Program-made: the position numbers and the translations under genes | Part shown: piece after piece, positions 1 through 10,290 of the stretch | Layout: the number at the start of each line of letters is the position of its first letter | Numbering within the stretch: position 1 is the first letter of the stretch | NCBI GenBank assembly: GCA_963745035.1 | Contig: CAVUVW010000013.1 | Coordinates: 832,001 to 896,000, forward strand | Source of the DNA: an uncultured delta proteobacterium | GTDB lineage: Bacteria > Desulfobacterota > Binatia > UBA9968 | Direction of reading: 5' to 3' | DNA length: 64,000 nt | Notes under the pieces: model-generated | Database searches by the model: none | Seen by the model: only the letters and a program-made list of their open reading frames with translations | Told to the model about the DNA's origin: nothing

Positions 1-1316
1 GCCGCGAACGTGCGTGTGCGCTTTTCCTGGGGCTCCAGATTGTGAAACCGGGCAATCGCGCGGCCGGTCTCCGCCTCGTCATTGTCCTCGCCCGTCGGCA
101 GCGCATCGAGCAGCGTGAGCACCGGCGGGATTGCATCGCGCAAGGCTTCGTCCAGCGCCGATATCTGTTCGACGACCTTGTGCCGAATAACGGCGCCGTC
201 TTCCGCCGCGGCGATGCCGAAATAGTTGCGCAGCAATTCGATCACGGGCAAAAAGGCCGTCGCCTTGCCGTAGGACACCGAATTGGCTTCGAGCACTCGG
301 CACGTCGGCGGCCGATGCCGCTCGAGAAACTCGCGCACCAACCGCGACTTGCCCATGCCCGCCTCGCCGACCAATGCCAGGATACTGCCGCTTCCGGAAT
401 CCGCTTGGGCGGCGAAACGTCGAAACACATCGATCTCGGCTTGTCTGCCGACGAACGTGGAAAGCCCGCGCGCCGCCGCCGCCTGCAAGCGGTTGCGCAC
501 TCCCGTGGCGCCGAGCAGCTCGAAGGCCTCCACCTGGTTGGAAAATCCTTTGACCTGCACCGCGCCAAGCGGGCGGACCTCGACAAAGCCCTCCACCTCG
601 CGCAAAGTGTCGGCGGTCAGCAGAATCGATCCCGCGCCCGCCAACGACTCCATGCGCGCCGCCATATGGGTGGTCTGGCCGAGCGCCGAGTAGTCGATAT
701 TGAGATCGTTGGTGATCGAGCGCACGACCACTTCGCCGGAGTTGATGCCCACGCCGATCTTCAACGAGTCGTGTCCCGCTCCCGACTCTTCGGCGTAGCG
801 CCGCATGTTTTCCTGCATCTTGAGAGCGGCATAGCAGGCGCGCACCGCATGATCTTCGTGCGTGAGGGGCGCGCCGAACAGCGCCATGATACCGTCGCCT
901 AGTACCTGATTGACGGTGCCTTCGTAGTGATTCACCGCAGCCATCATGTTGTGAAGGATCGGATCGAAGTAACGGCGCACTTCCTCGGGATCGAGCTTTT
1001 CGATCACGCCGGTTGAGCCGCGGATATCCGCGAACAAGACCGTGACCTGTTTCCGCTCGCCTTCGATGAATCGCCGCGAAGCGAGAATTTTTTCCGCCAA
1101 ATATCGCGGCACCACCGCGCTCGCCGGACCGGCGTCGGCGGGCGCGCTCGGCGTCGCCGGCGCGTCGGCGAGCCGCTGGCCGCATTTCTTGCAAAATTTT
1201 GCATCCGCGCGGTTCGCGCTGTCGCAGCGCGGGCAGCGCGCCTCCAGCCGCGCGCCGCACTCGTCGCAAAAAGCCGAGTCGCCGGAATTCTCAGCTTGGC
1301 AGTGGGAACAGATCAT
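1..1316 (-). CDS. Double zinc-ribbon + class III adenylate/guanylate cyclase + AAA ATPase protein (3' end runs off the window)
   Basis: Hand translation from ATG at 1316: MICSHCQAEN...FCDECG...CPRC...FCKKCG, then RKQVTVLFADIRGST, LGDGIMALFGAP, GINSGEV and Walker A GEAGMGKS. Absent from the ORF track because there is no stop in the window. Confidence 0.9.
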   Translation of the reverse strand, partial: MICSHCQAENSGDSAFCDECGARLEARCPRCDSANRADAKFCKKCGQRLADAPATPSAPADAGPASAVVPRYLAEKILASRRFIEGERKQVTVLFADIRGSTGVIEKLDPEEVRRYFDPILHNMMAAVNHYEGTVNQVLGDGIMALFGAPLTHEDHAVRACYAALKMQENMRRYAEESGAGHDSLKIGVGINSGEVVVRSITNDLNIDYSALGQTTHMAARMESLAGAGSILLTADTLREVEGFVEVRPLGAVQVKGFSNQVEAFELLGATGVRNRLQAAAARGLSTFVGRQAEIDVFRRFAAQADSGSGSILALVGEAGMGKSRLVREFLERHRPPTCRVLEANSVSYGKATAFLPVIELLRNYFGIAAAEDGAVIRHKVVEQISALDEALRDAIPPVLTLLDALPTGEDNDEAETGRAIARFHNLEPQEKRTRTFA

Positions 1317-1510
1317 TGAAGCTTATTTGAAATATAAAACGATGCGCACCGGTTTCGACCGCAGGATACATTACGAAAGAACGTTAAGACAAGTAACCGC
1401 AAGCCGATGTCGGGAAAAGTTTATCAGGAGAAAGAAGATCGAACGAGGACCGCGAGCAGAGTCATGCCGGAGTACCCCTTCAATCCTCCATTACTCCAAA
1501 AGCTGACTCA

Positions 1511-3727
1511 CTACATCGTCAACTTCCGATACAACTGCGGCAACCGGCGCGGTAACAAACTTACGTCGGCCAAGACTTCGTAGCTGAAGTCGTCCATCAT
1601 CTTGCGCAAATAGTCGTTGCCTTCCTTGTCGACGGTCAGACAAAACGGATGAATGCCCTCGCGCCGCGCTTCGATGAGCGCCATCCGGGTGTCCTGCACG
1701 GCGTAGTCTTTTTCGGAGCTTTCCTGGGAATAGCCACGATCCTGCGGGCGACCGTCGCTGATCAGGAACAGAAACTTCGCGCGCGACTGTTCCTGGCGGA
1801 GCTTCGTCGTCGTGTGCCGGATCGCCGGTCCCATGCGGGTGGCATGCAGCGGACCGATGCGGCCGAAGCGTTGAGCGACCTCCGCCCCGAAATCTTCATT
1901 CAGGTCCTTGATGACGTAGAATTCCACGTTGTCGCGTCCGTGACCCGAGAAACCGTAAACGCCGTAGCGGTCGCCGATGGCCTCCAACGCGTCCGACATC
2001 AAAACGATCGCCTCTTTTTCGACGTCGATGATCCGCCGCAGGGTTCGCTCGAACGCGGTTCCGTCTGGCGTGCCGAACGATTCCGGCGGCTGGGCGATCG
2101 CTTCGCCGGTGGACCCGCTCATGTCGAGGAGAAACGCCACCGCGACGTCGCGGTCGATCTTGTGCTGCCGCCAGAAAATTTTCTCCGACGGCGTCTTACC
2201 GACGCGTAGGTCGGTGAGCGCTTCGATCGCCGCATCGAGATCGTGCTCCGCGCCGTCCGGCAAGCGCTTTTCTTTTCGATAAAGCTCCGGCATCACCTGC
2301 TCGAACTCGCCGCGAATTTGCTTGAGCAGGCCGCGCCGGTTAAGCAACGTGTCCTTATAAAAATCCAGATCGCCCGGCAGCATGACCCTTTCGTAGACTT
2401 TGCACCACGACCGGCGAAATTTGTTTTCGAACGCGCTCCACTCGTCGTAGACGAACGTATTGGGCTGGCTCGCCGAGAGCGGGCCGCTGTCGTCTTCCGC
2501 CTGCCCCGACGGCCGCCGCGCTACGCTTTGCATCCGCGGATCGCGCCGGTCGAGCTCGCGCAAGAGATTTTGCGCCATCTGGCTGGTTTGCGGATCCTGC
2601 TCTTCGCCTTCTTCGTCCGAATCCCGGCGCTTGGGAGTCCTTTGACTGCGCAGCAAATCGGCCAACTCCTCGGCGGTCAGAGATTTGCGCTGCTCTCGGG
2701 AATTTGCCTCGGGCCGCGACAACAACTGCGCCAGCTCCGGCCTGAAGTCGCCGCGATAGTCTATCCCCTGCGGCGAAAGATACTCCCGCTCCCGCCCCGC
2801 AAGGGATGGCAGCGCGCCATCCTCGCTCAGCGATTCAGCGTTACCGATGGAGCGCTTGGAATCCCTCTCCCGACTTGAACGTTTTGAACGGTTTGAACGA
2901 TCTAAATTGCCATAGAATTTCTCAAAGCCGGTTTCGTCAAGATGATCGTTTTGGACCTTCGCCAAGCGGCTGTAAAGCCGCAAGGTGGCTTCCGCCGCGT
3001 CCTCCACCGTGGCATCCGGCTCGGCGAGCAACCGCATGATCGCGCCGATTGCCCCGGCCACGGTCCGGTGCGCCGATGGAATCTTCATTCCGCGTCCTTG
3101 CCCCAGGCTTAGCCGCACGGCGAATTCGAGCAGCGCTTCGCGCGCCGGCAACAAAGTCATCTCCGGGCGGAGCTGCAGCGCGCGACGGCGCATTTCCTCA
3201 TAAGCCTTCGCGATCCCGCGGTACTCGTGCATGACGCGCGCTTCGACTCGGCTGCTTTCCACAATGGAGAAAATGTCCAATGCGAGGCGTTTGTTCGGAA
3301 ACAGCCTGAAAAAACGCGTCAGCTCCGTCACGCTCGGACGCTCTTGATGACCCTCATGGCCGTGATCGTGGTCGTGGTAATCCGGCGGCTCCTTGACCTC
3401 TGGCCGAAGGTCGTCGAGCTTCGCCGCCGGACGGCCGAACTCGAACGCGAAGCTGCCGAATTCGATATGGCCGGCCTGCTGCGTGAGCATAACCTTGAGA
3501 AAATCAAAGTTGTCAGCCTGCGCGTTGAAGCGCTCGATCACTGGCGGCAGAAATATCGCCGCGCCGTCACTGGTCGCGACGTCGTTCTTCGACCAGCCGA
3601 TGTTTTTATCGACGAGCTGCTTCAGATCTTGAAGATCGACGTTTCGCTCCGTCAGCGCATGGCAATAAAAGCGCAGCATGTCGCGGATCGGCGCAAGCTC
3701 AATGGCAGGAGATTCAGTGGATGGCAT
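1511..3727 (-). CDS. NorD/CbbO-like von Willebrand factor A domain protein
   Basis: C-terminal MIDAS motifs LLDMSGS, TRMGPAIRH and ISDGRPQD; lies directly downstream of a CbbQ/NorQ ATPase; His-rich segment YHDHDHGHEGH. Confidence 0.88.
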   Translation of the reverse strand: MPSTESPAIELAPIRDMLRFYCHALTERNVDLQDLKQLVDKNIGWSKNDVATSDGAAIFLPPVIERFNAQADNFDFLKVMLTQQAGHIEFGSFAFEFGRPAAKLDDLRPEVKEPPDYHDHDHGHEGHQERPSVTELTRFFRLFPNKRLALDIFSIVESSRVEARVMHEYRGIAKAYEEMRRRALQLRPEMTLLPAREALLEFAVRLSLGQGRGMKIPSAHRTVAGAIGAIMRLLAEPDATVEDAAEATLRLYSRLAKVQNDHLDETGFEKFYGNLDRSNRSKRSSRERDSKRSIGNAESLSEDGALPSLAGREREYLSPQGIDYRGDFRPELAQLLSRPEANSREQRKSLTAEELADLLRSQRTPKRRDSDEEGEEQDPQTSQMAQNLLRELDRRDPRMQSVARRPSGQAEDDSGPLSASQPNTFVYDEWSAFENKFRRSWCKVYERVMLPGDLDFYKDTLLNRRGLLKQIRGEFEQVMPELYRKEKRLPDGAEHDLDAAIEALTDLRVGKTPSEKIFWRQHKIDRDVAVAFLLDMSGSTGEAIAQPPESFGTPDGTAFERTLRRIIDVEKEAIVLMSDALEAIGDRYGVYGFSGHGRDNVEFYVIKDLNEDFGAEVAQRFGRIGPLHATRMGPAIRHTTTKLRQEQSRAKFLFLISDGRPQDRGYSQESSEKDYAVQDTRMALIEARREGIHPFCLTVDKEGNDYLRKMMDDFSYEVLADVSLLPRRLPQLYRKLTM
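2875..2908. repeat. 9-bp-period TTGAACG repeat inside the VWA gene
   Basis: ttgaacg at 2875, 2884 and 2893; the 14-mer aacgttttgaacgg recurs at 10235 and 55677. Confidence 0.6.
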
Positions 3728-3754
3728 CGCCTGAATGAAACAGAGAATTCGATT

Positions 3755-3824
3755 TCACCACGAAGGTCACGAAGTTAAAAATTTACTATTGATCCTTTCG
3801 TGACCTTTGTGTGCTTCGTGGTGA
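3755..3824. repeat. REP-like intergenic inverted repeat (CACCACGAAG...CTTCGTGGTG)
   Basis: tcaccacgaaggtcacgaag ... ttcgtgacctttgtgtgcttcgtggtga. Confidence 0.65.
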
Positions 3825-3833
3825 GTCCTGAAT

Positions 3834-4721
3834 TCACGGAAAGATCGCCGCGACGACTTCGTCCAGACTGCGCTGCACCTGCGGATCGTCGGTGATACCC
3901 CACGTCACCGCCACGTGGCACGCGCGGCGCGGCGAGACACCCTCCTTGATCAACCGGCCGGCGTAAATCAGCACGCGCGTGCTGGCGCCCTCCTTAAGGC
4001 CGTGTTCGCGCAGGTTGCGCACTTTGTGACCGAGCTTGGCAAGCTGGCGCGCGCTCGTTTCGTTCACGCCGGACTCGTGCGCGATGATCATCGCCTCGCG
4101 CTCCGGCTCGGGAAATTGGAACTCCAAGGCAACGAAGCGCTGGCGCGTGCTGTGTTTCAAGTCTTTCAAGGCATTCTGGTAGCCGGGATTGTAGGACACC
4201 ACAAGCAGAAAACTATCGGCGGCCTCGACGACTTCGCCGAGCTTGTCGATGGTCAGCAGACGCCGGTGGTCGGTCAGCGGATGAATAATCACCGTGGTGT
4301 CTTTGCGCGCTTCGACGATCTCATCGAGATAGCAGATGCCGCCGGTTTTCACCGCGCGGGTCAGTGGCCCGTCGATCCACTGCGTGCCGTTGGCGTCGAG
4401 CAGGTAGCGGCCCACCAAGTCACTGGCGGTCAAGTCTTCGTGACAGGCGACCGTGACCAGCGGCACTGCGCCGTTCGCATTGGAATTACTTGATCCCGTT
4501 TTTGCCTGATCTTTGACGACGGTCAGCGGCTGGCCGAGCTTCCACGCCATGTACTCGACGAAGCGGGTCTTGCCCGTGCCCGTGGGCCCCTTCAACAAAA
4601 CCGGAACCCGCTGCCGGTAGGCAGCCTCAAAAATCTGAATCTCGTCGAAGCTTGGAACGTAGAACGGCTCGTCGTCAATGACGTAATCTTCGATGCGATA
4701 TTGTTTGATCGGTGTATCCAT
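3834..4721 (-). CDS. CbbQ/NirQ/NorQ/GpvN-family MoxR AAA+ ATPase
   Basis: Walker A GPTGTGKT, ACHEDLTASDLVGR, Walker B YLDEIVEAR, NPGYQ, STRQRF, GASTR. Confidence 0.93.
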   Translation of the reverse strand: MDTPIKQYRIEDYVIDDEPFYVPSFDEIQIFEAAYRQRVPVLLKGPTGTGKTRFVEYMAWKLGQPLTVVKDQAKTGSSNSNANGAVPLVTVACHEDLTASDLVGRYLLDANGTQWIDGPLTRAVKTGGICYLDEIVEARKDTTVIIHPLTDHRRLLTIDKLGEVVEAADSFLLVVSYNPGYQNALKDLKHSTRQRFVALEFQFPEPEREAMIIAHESGVNETSARQLAKLGHKVRNLREHGLKEGASTRVLIYAGRLIKEGVSPRRACHVAVTWGITDDPQVQRSLDEVVAAIFP

Positions 4722-4737
4722 TGCTAATGAAGAAATT

Positions 4738-4829
4738 TACCGCGAAGACCGCGAAGAAGACTCTCTCTATGTAGGGGCGGGTTTGAAACCCGCCCCTACG
4801 CCGTGTTCTTCGTGCGCTTTCGTGGTGAG
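4738..4829. repeat. GTAG-type REP hairpin nested inside a CGAAG...CTTCG inverted repeat
   Basis: gtaggggcgggtttgaaacccgcccctac (4771-4799) flanked by accgcgaag ... ttcgtggtga. Confidence 0.7.
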
Positions 4830-4850
4830 TAGGTCTTGCTTGAATTTGGT

Positions 4851-6527
4851 TTACGCCGGGCTCGTGCTGCGCGCCACTTTGCCGGGATACGCGCCGGTGT
4901 GCTCGCCTTTTTCGATCAACACTTGGCCGTTCACCACGGTCATATCGATTCCCTTAGCGAGTTGCTTGCGCCGGCGCGAGCCGCCGGGCAGGTCATAAGC
5001 TTCTCCGGGCTCCAGCGGCGCGATGGTCGCCGGATCGAACACCATCAGGTCCGCAGCCATGCCCTGCCGCACCAGGCCACGGTCGTACAAACCGAAGAGC
5101 GCTGCGGGAATGAACGTGAGCTTACGGATCGCGTCCTCCAGGGACATGATCTGTTTTTGCCGCACCCAATGCGACAAAAGATACGTCGAATAGCTATAGT
5201 CCGTGCGAAAAACCACGTGGGCGCCGCCGTCCGACTGGCCGATGATCGTGTACGGGCTCGTGAGCAATGCTTTCATCGCGGCTTCATCGCTGTTCACCTC
5301 GCGCCGCTCGAATTCCGTTTCGAGGTTTTCCTCCAGCACGAGGTCGAGCAATGTATCCAGGACATCCTTGTTTTGCTCCCGGGCGATCTCGGCGATGCTC
5401 TTTCCTTGTAAGCGTTCGTTCTGCGCCAGTGCCGGCTTGAATACGAACTGCAGATCCCAGCGCCGCGTAAAGTCGCCGGCGAGGTTGGGATTCATCGGCG
5501 TCTCGACGGCTTCTTTGCGCAGCTTGGCGCGCGTCGCCGGATCACGAAAAGCTTCCTTGCGCATTTCCAACGGCAGCAGCATGACGTTTTTCCACGTCGG
5601 CATGGCGTCGAAGTGCTGCGCGGTCTTGAGCGTGTAGCGCAGGTCGCCGGGCCGCGGCATGACGAACTGATAGGCGCGATGCCCCTGGCGCATCAGGCTC
5701 TCGGTTTCCTCGAGCTGCTTGCGCCACCGGTCGGGAGCCACCGCCGCCTGCGTGATATTGCCATAGAAAACGGGACACCGAGTTTTCTTCGCGACCTCCG
5801 TGCCGAGCTTGCGATCGCCGCCGAACTGAATCACCCCGCGTCCCACTTCATCGATCACGCCCGCCACGGCGAAAATCTCCGAATCTGCGGCGAGATTGGT
5901 CGGCGCCAGCCGTCCGTCCCAATCGAAATGGCGCGGGTTGCGCTCGAAGGACACGCCCACGGCGCCGGCTTCGACGCCTTCGCGCACGATCGCTTTCATC
6001 GCCGCTATCTCTTCCTCGGTCGCATGCCGTTCCTGCGATGCTTCGCCCATGACATAGCGCCGCACTGCGGAATGGCCGATCAGCGATGCGACGTTCAAGC
6101 CAAGCCGCTGATCCAGCGTGTCGAGATACTGCGGAATCGTTTCCCACGACCACTTGACCCCGGCTTGGATGGCTTCGAGTGGAATCGCTTCGACGTGCGA
6201 CAAAACTCCGGCGAGGTTGTCGCGGTCTTCCTTGTGCGCCGGCGCCAGCGCCAGCGAACAGTTGCCGATGACGACCGTGGTGACGCCGTGATAGCAGGAA
6301 TAGGTACAGAGCGGGTCCCAGGTCACCTGGGCATCGTAATGCGTGTGGTTGTCGATGATGCCCGGAGCGACCACCAACCCATCCGCATCGACGACCCGCC
6401 GCGCCTCCCCGCTCACCCGCCCGATTTCGACGATCTTACCGCCGCTCACAGCCACGTCGCCGTGAAATCCCGGCAACCCGGAACCGTCGATAACTTTTCC
6501 GTTTTTGATAATCAGATCATACGCCAT
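4851..6527 (-). CDS. Amidohydrolase family protein (N-acyl-D-amino-acid deacylase-like)
   Basis: DLIIKNGKVIDGSG, PGIIDNHTHYDAQ, GVTTVVIGNC, SDGGAH, G..ADLMVFDP. Confidence 0.9.
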   Translation of the reverse strand: MAYDLIIKNGKVIDGSGLPGFHGDVAVSGGKIVEIGRVSGEARRVVDADGLVVAPGIIDNHTHYDAQVTWDPLCTYSCYHGVTTVVIGNCSLALAPAHKEDRDNLAGVLSHVEAIPLEAIQAGVKWSWETIPQYLDTLDQRLGLNVASLIGHSAVRRYVMGEASQERHATEEEIAAMKAIVREGVEAGAVGVSFERNPRHFDWDGRLAPTNLAADSEIFAVAGVIDEVGRGVIQFGGDRKLGTEVAKKTRCPVFYGNITQAAVAPDRWRKQLEETESLMRQGHRAYQFVMPRPGDLRYTLKTAQHFDAMPTWKNVMLLPLEMRKEAFRDPATRAKLRKEAVETPMNPNLAGDFTRRWDLQFVFKPALAQNERLQGKSIAEIAREQNKDVLDTLLDLVLEENLETEFERREVNSDEAAMKALLTSPYTIIGQSDGGAHVVFRTDYSYSTYLLSHWVRQKQIMSLEDAIRKLTFIPAALFGLYDRGLVRQGMAADLMVFDPATIAPLEPGEAYDLPGGSRRRKQLAKGIDMTVVNGQVLIEKGEHTGAYPGKVARSTSPA

Positions 6528-6674
6528 CGCTCCTCCTGTATAGCCAGCAAGTTGCCGCCGATGTCATTATCTATCGATAACTATTTGTTGCGACGCTCGC
6601 TGTCAACATGAACTGTCCCTTCATGTTTTGCTCCGCTCATCGAAGTTTTGTTTTCGGTAGAGCGTCCCCAAACG

Positions 6675-7085
6675 CTAACTGCTCCGTTGCTTAGGGAACT
6701 GTTTTATAGAATGCAGATCCATCACCCAGTCGCGCGCCGATCGGCACCAGCCTTGTGACTTTGGCCGGAGCTCGGCTCGCTGCCGCGCCGTGCCGACGCG
6801 GATATTGAATATATGAGGGTCGGTGACGGCTGCCGAATAAATCGAAGTGCCGCACTCGGGGCAGAACGCTTGGGCGCGCTTGGTGCCGCTTTCTGCGGTC
6901 TTTATGTAAATCTTTGGTTGACCGCCGCTTAAAGTGAACGCTTCTTTGGCAGCGGGAACGCTCATACGAAAGGCGGACCCGGAAAGAGTTTGACAATCCG
7001 TGCAATGGCATATCCCGGCTTTGTCGGGATCGATTTCCGCCTCGTAGGTAATATTCCCGCAATGGCATGCCCCGTCGATTTTCAT
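6675..7085 (-). CDS. GFA (glutathione-dependent formaldehyde-activating/Mss4-like) family protein
   Basis: GACHCG...CHCTDCQ...FCPECGT zinc motif. Confidence 0.9.
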   Translation of the reverse strand: MKIDGACHCGNITYEAEIDPDKAGICHCTDCQTLSGSAFRMSVPAAKEAFTLSGGQPKIYIKTAESGTKRAQAFCPECGTSIYSAAVTDPHIFNIRVGTARQRAELRPKSQGWCRSARDWVMDLHSIKQFPKQRSS

Positions 7086-7136
7086 AAACAGCCTCCGTTC
7101 ACGTTTTCAGTCGAAGTGATCTCCGCTTTTTTCGTC

Positions 7137-7808
7137 TCAATGGCCGTGCGGGTGGATGCCGGTGAGGTGTAGGACGGCAAACAGCAGGACCAAGCCGATG
7201 GCGTGAAGTCCCACCACGTACAACCAGCGGGGCGCAATGGTGGCGGATCCAAGGATGGGCCGCACGCCGCTGTCCGGATACACCAGGTCAGTTTGCGCCA
7301 CTGTACGCCGTTCGTTCTGCTTACGCCGCCCGTACGGCGTCATTCCCCACGGCTTGTAAATCGACAAGATCGTAATAGCGAGCAACACCAGCAGGCCACC
7401 CACGGCGTGGACGACGAGTTGAATCTGGAGCGCGCGGAAATCGCCGCTGGACAATGCCGTCTCTGCCGCTATTTCTGCCATGCGGCTCACTGCCGGCATG
7501 TGGCGCAGCAACACGACGGTGGCAACGGCGGTCAGCAGGAACTTCGCCAGGATCCAATAGTATCGGAGCAAACCCCACGCTGTGCCCAGCGACTGGACAA
7601 GGCCTGTCATCAGCGCGGCGAGGCTAAGTGGGACGATGACGAGCCAGCCGATCAATTCCAGCGAGAGATAGACGGCGCGTGCCAGCGAAACATCGCGTGT
7701 CATCAGGCCAACGATCGCGAGAGCCAGATAGGCAACGACCGCGCCGAGCCAACCGACCGAGAAAGTGACATGCGCGGTAAGCGCGAACTTGCGAAAAGGG
7801 GGTGTCAT
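7137..7808 (-). CDS. Integral membrane protein (DUF2269-like)
   Basis: AHVTFSVGWLGA, LGTAWGLLRYYWILAKF, LSIYKPWG; about five hydrophobic helices. Confidence 0.65.
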   Translation of the reverse strand: MTPPFRKFALTAHVTFSVGWLGAVVAYLALAIVGLMTRDVSLARAVYLSLELIGWLVIVPLSLAALMTGLVQSLGTAWGLLRYYWILAKFLLTAVATVVLLRHMPAVSRMAEIAAETALSSGDFRALQIQLVVHAVGGLLVLLAITILSIYKPWGMTPYGRRKQNERRTVAQTDLVYPDSGVRPILGSATIAPRWLYVVGLHAIGLVLLFAVLHLTGIHPHGH

Positions 7809-7974
7809 AAGTTGGCTCTCCTGCGGATCTTACAATCATCGCATCGAAAAATGAAAATTCATAGCATTCGGCGCCCTCGAGATCCTGTCGTGGCTCTCAA
7901 CGATAACGGTCCGATGAACTTCTCTCTGAACTTCCTCTGCCACGCCAAGCCGCCCGCTTTCTTTCTATTGCCTG

Positions 7975-8619
7975 CTAAGTATCTCGCGCAAACGCTCGCC
8001 GCAGCACCCAATGGGTCGCTATGTAAAACCCGACGATGTTGATCGCCATCACCGACAGCAGCCAGAGCCAAGGCGCCATCATCGTTTGCGGATGCGTGTC
8101 CGTGAAGCCGTAGACGTAATTAATATTCACCGCGCGGTTCGGATCGATGGGGGAAGGCGGCGGCGCCGGAGCAAAGAGATAGGACACGAGCAAGACGGCG
8201 ATCGCAACCACGGACTGGAGCGCGAGCGCCCGCCGGTCATATCCCAGGCGCGACAGCAGCCAGAGCAGGAAGAACGGCAACCAGCCGTGAAACAGCGAAA
8301 GGCTCCGTAGGTAGAGCGGAATGCTTGGCTCGAGCATATACGCAGTCACGCCGGTAATTTCGACACCGGCGACAACCCGCGCCAACAGATCGAGCACCCA
8401 AAGCATTTGCGGCGCCACGATCGCCACTGCCTGCATGCTGATGAGCAACGGACTTTCGATCCAGAGCGCCGCGGCCGTCACGAGCAGGGCAATATCGCAG
8501 AAGTAGAGGAAGTTCCACGGCCCATAGGTCATCCAATAGAACGGCACGAGCACGGCGACGAAGGCAGTGTAGAGGAGCTTGGTCCAGAGGGGAACCCGCG
8601 CGTGAGTCGAAGTGGTCAT
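7975..8619 (-). CDS. Conserved hypothetical membrane protein
   Basis: Multiple TM segments with NFLYFCD, LSLFHGWLP and NINYVYG motifs. Confidence 0.65.
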   Translation of the reverse strand: MTTSTHARVPLWTKLLYTAFVAVLVPFYWMTYGPWNFLYFCDIALLVTAAALWIESPLLISMQAVAIVAPQMLWVLDLLARVVAGVEITGVTAYMLEPSIPLYLRSLSLFHGWLPFFLLWLLSRLGYDRRALALQSVVAIAVLLVSYLFAPAPPPSPIDPNRAVNINYVYGFTDTHPQTMMAPWLWLLSVMAINIVGFYIATHWVLRRAFARDT

Positions 8620-8967
8620 GATTGCATCGATCCAGGCTATTCAACCGTCATCCACAACGGCTATTTCCCTTCGCTCCGATGAAGATCTCGATCCCCCGAG
8701 CCATCCCGACCAAAGTCGAGACGCGCCGGCAGCGGCATTCGCGAAAAGCCGGGGGGCGTAGCGGCGCCGGCGTAAAAGTTTTAGCATGATTACAGAGCAA
8801 CAAGAGCGACCCGGCTGGAAAGATTCCAGCGCCGCTAAAAAATATATCTTGTGCATGTCCCGCAAACCATCAGACTCCGCACCTCGCCACTTCCGCTCCC
8901 CGCATGTCGAGAACGGCAATGGCTCGTACCGGCGATTTTCAACCAGGCATTCAACAGGAGTTTTTCC

Positions 8968-10225
8968 ATGGGCGTTCGTTTCGTTGTGTCGATGCTAGCC
9001 GCACTGAGTCTCTGGAGCTGGCTCGATGCAAGCGGCGGAGTATCAATATCCCTATCGCGATCCCTACCTGGCGACCGCGACCACCGCGATCTTGAGCGCC
9101 GACTACGCCGCGCCGCGCGCGGACTCGATGATCGTCCACGTGCCGGGGCTTCCCGGCAGAGATAATTTGTCTACTCTCGAAGGACGCGGCAACGTGAGCC
9201 TCGCGCTTTATCGCCAAAGCCGCGCGGCGCCGTTGCTGTTCATCCTCGCCGGTCTCGGCTCCACTCCCCACTTCGGCGTCGGCACATACTTGGCGAGCCT
9301 GTTCTACCGAGAAGGTTTTCATGTGGTCATTTTGCCGTCGCCGATGAGTTGGAATTTTGCGTTGGCCGCGAGCCGCAGCGGCGTGCCCGGCTTCCCGCCC
9401 GAAGACGCCCGTGATTTATATGCGGTCATGCAGACAACTTTGACGGAGTTGCGCTCACGCCACGGCCTCCAAACGACTTCGATCCATTTTATGGGCGTAA
9501 GTCTGGGCGCCCTCGAGGGCGCCTACCTCAGCGTCATCGATGCCGACGAGCGCAAGCTCGGCATCGAAAAGTTTCTTCTCGTCAACCCGCCCCTCGATCT
9601 CGCTTACGCGGTGAGAAGAATCGACGAGTGGGGCGCGTTGGGAAAAAAATTCGGTTTGGAAAAATCCCAGCAGATCGTCGCGAAAGCGCTCGGCATCGTC
9701 GAGTCCTTCGCCGATGTGAGCGACGATCCGGCGGTCTTTCATCGATTGGCCAAAAAGTTTGCCGGATTCACGACCGAGGAAATTCAATTTCTGATCGCCG
9801 TGAATCTGCAAAGCCAACTTCCCGAGCTCGTCTACATCACCCAGGTCATTCACGATCAGAACCTTTTTACCGCCCCTAAAGACGAACTGCGCAAACGTCT
9901 GGAGGAAGCCAAGCGCTTCACGTTCACGGATTATGATCGGAAGATCGCCCTATCCCGGTGGCGCAAGCACCTCGGCGATCCCCAAGCCGATCCGGATACT
10001 TTCATTCGGCGCGGTTCCCTCTCCAACATAGTCGACCGACTGCGCGACAACCCCAAGGTGCACGTCCTGCACAACGCCGATGATTTCCTCGCCGAGCGCA
10101 AAGCCATCGAAGCGCTCAAAGACAACTTGGGCAATCGAATGACTCTCTACCCTCACGGCGGCCACCTCGGCAACCTCTGGTATCCGGAGAATAAAAACTA
10201 CATCCTGAAATTCTTTCGCCGTTGA
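8968..10225 (+). CDS. Secreted alpha/beta-hydrolase fold protein (indel near 9030 separates the signal peptide)
   Basis: AGGAG RBS, then MGVRFVVSMLAALSLWSWLDA; body has the nucleophile elbow GVSLG, NADD and GGHLG. Confidence 0.75.
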
Positions 10226-10290
10226 GTTAAGGGCAACGTTTTGAACGGAACGTGGCGAGTGAATTATTTGAACGCTTGGGATGTTTTTTG

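Noticed and set aside
42-1269. Track ORFs 42..902 (+) and 79..1269 (-)
   Set aside because: Shadow or wrong-frame ORFs of the cyclase-AAA gene starting at 1316.
3834-4721. Assigning carbon fixation (cbbQ) or denitrification (norQ) function
   Set aside because: No Rubisco or nitric-oxide reductase genes in the window; family membership alone does not identify the client.
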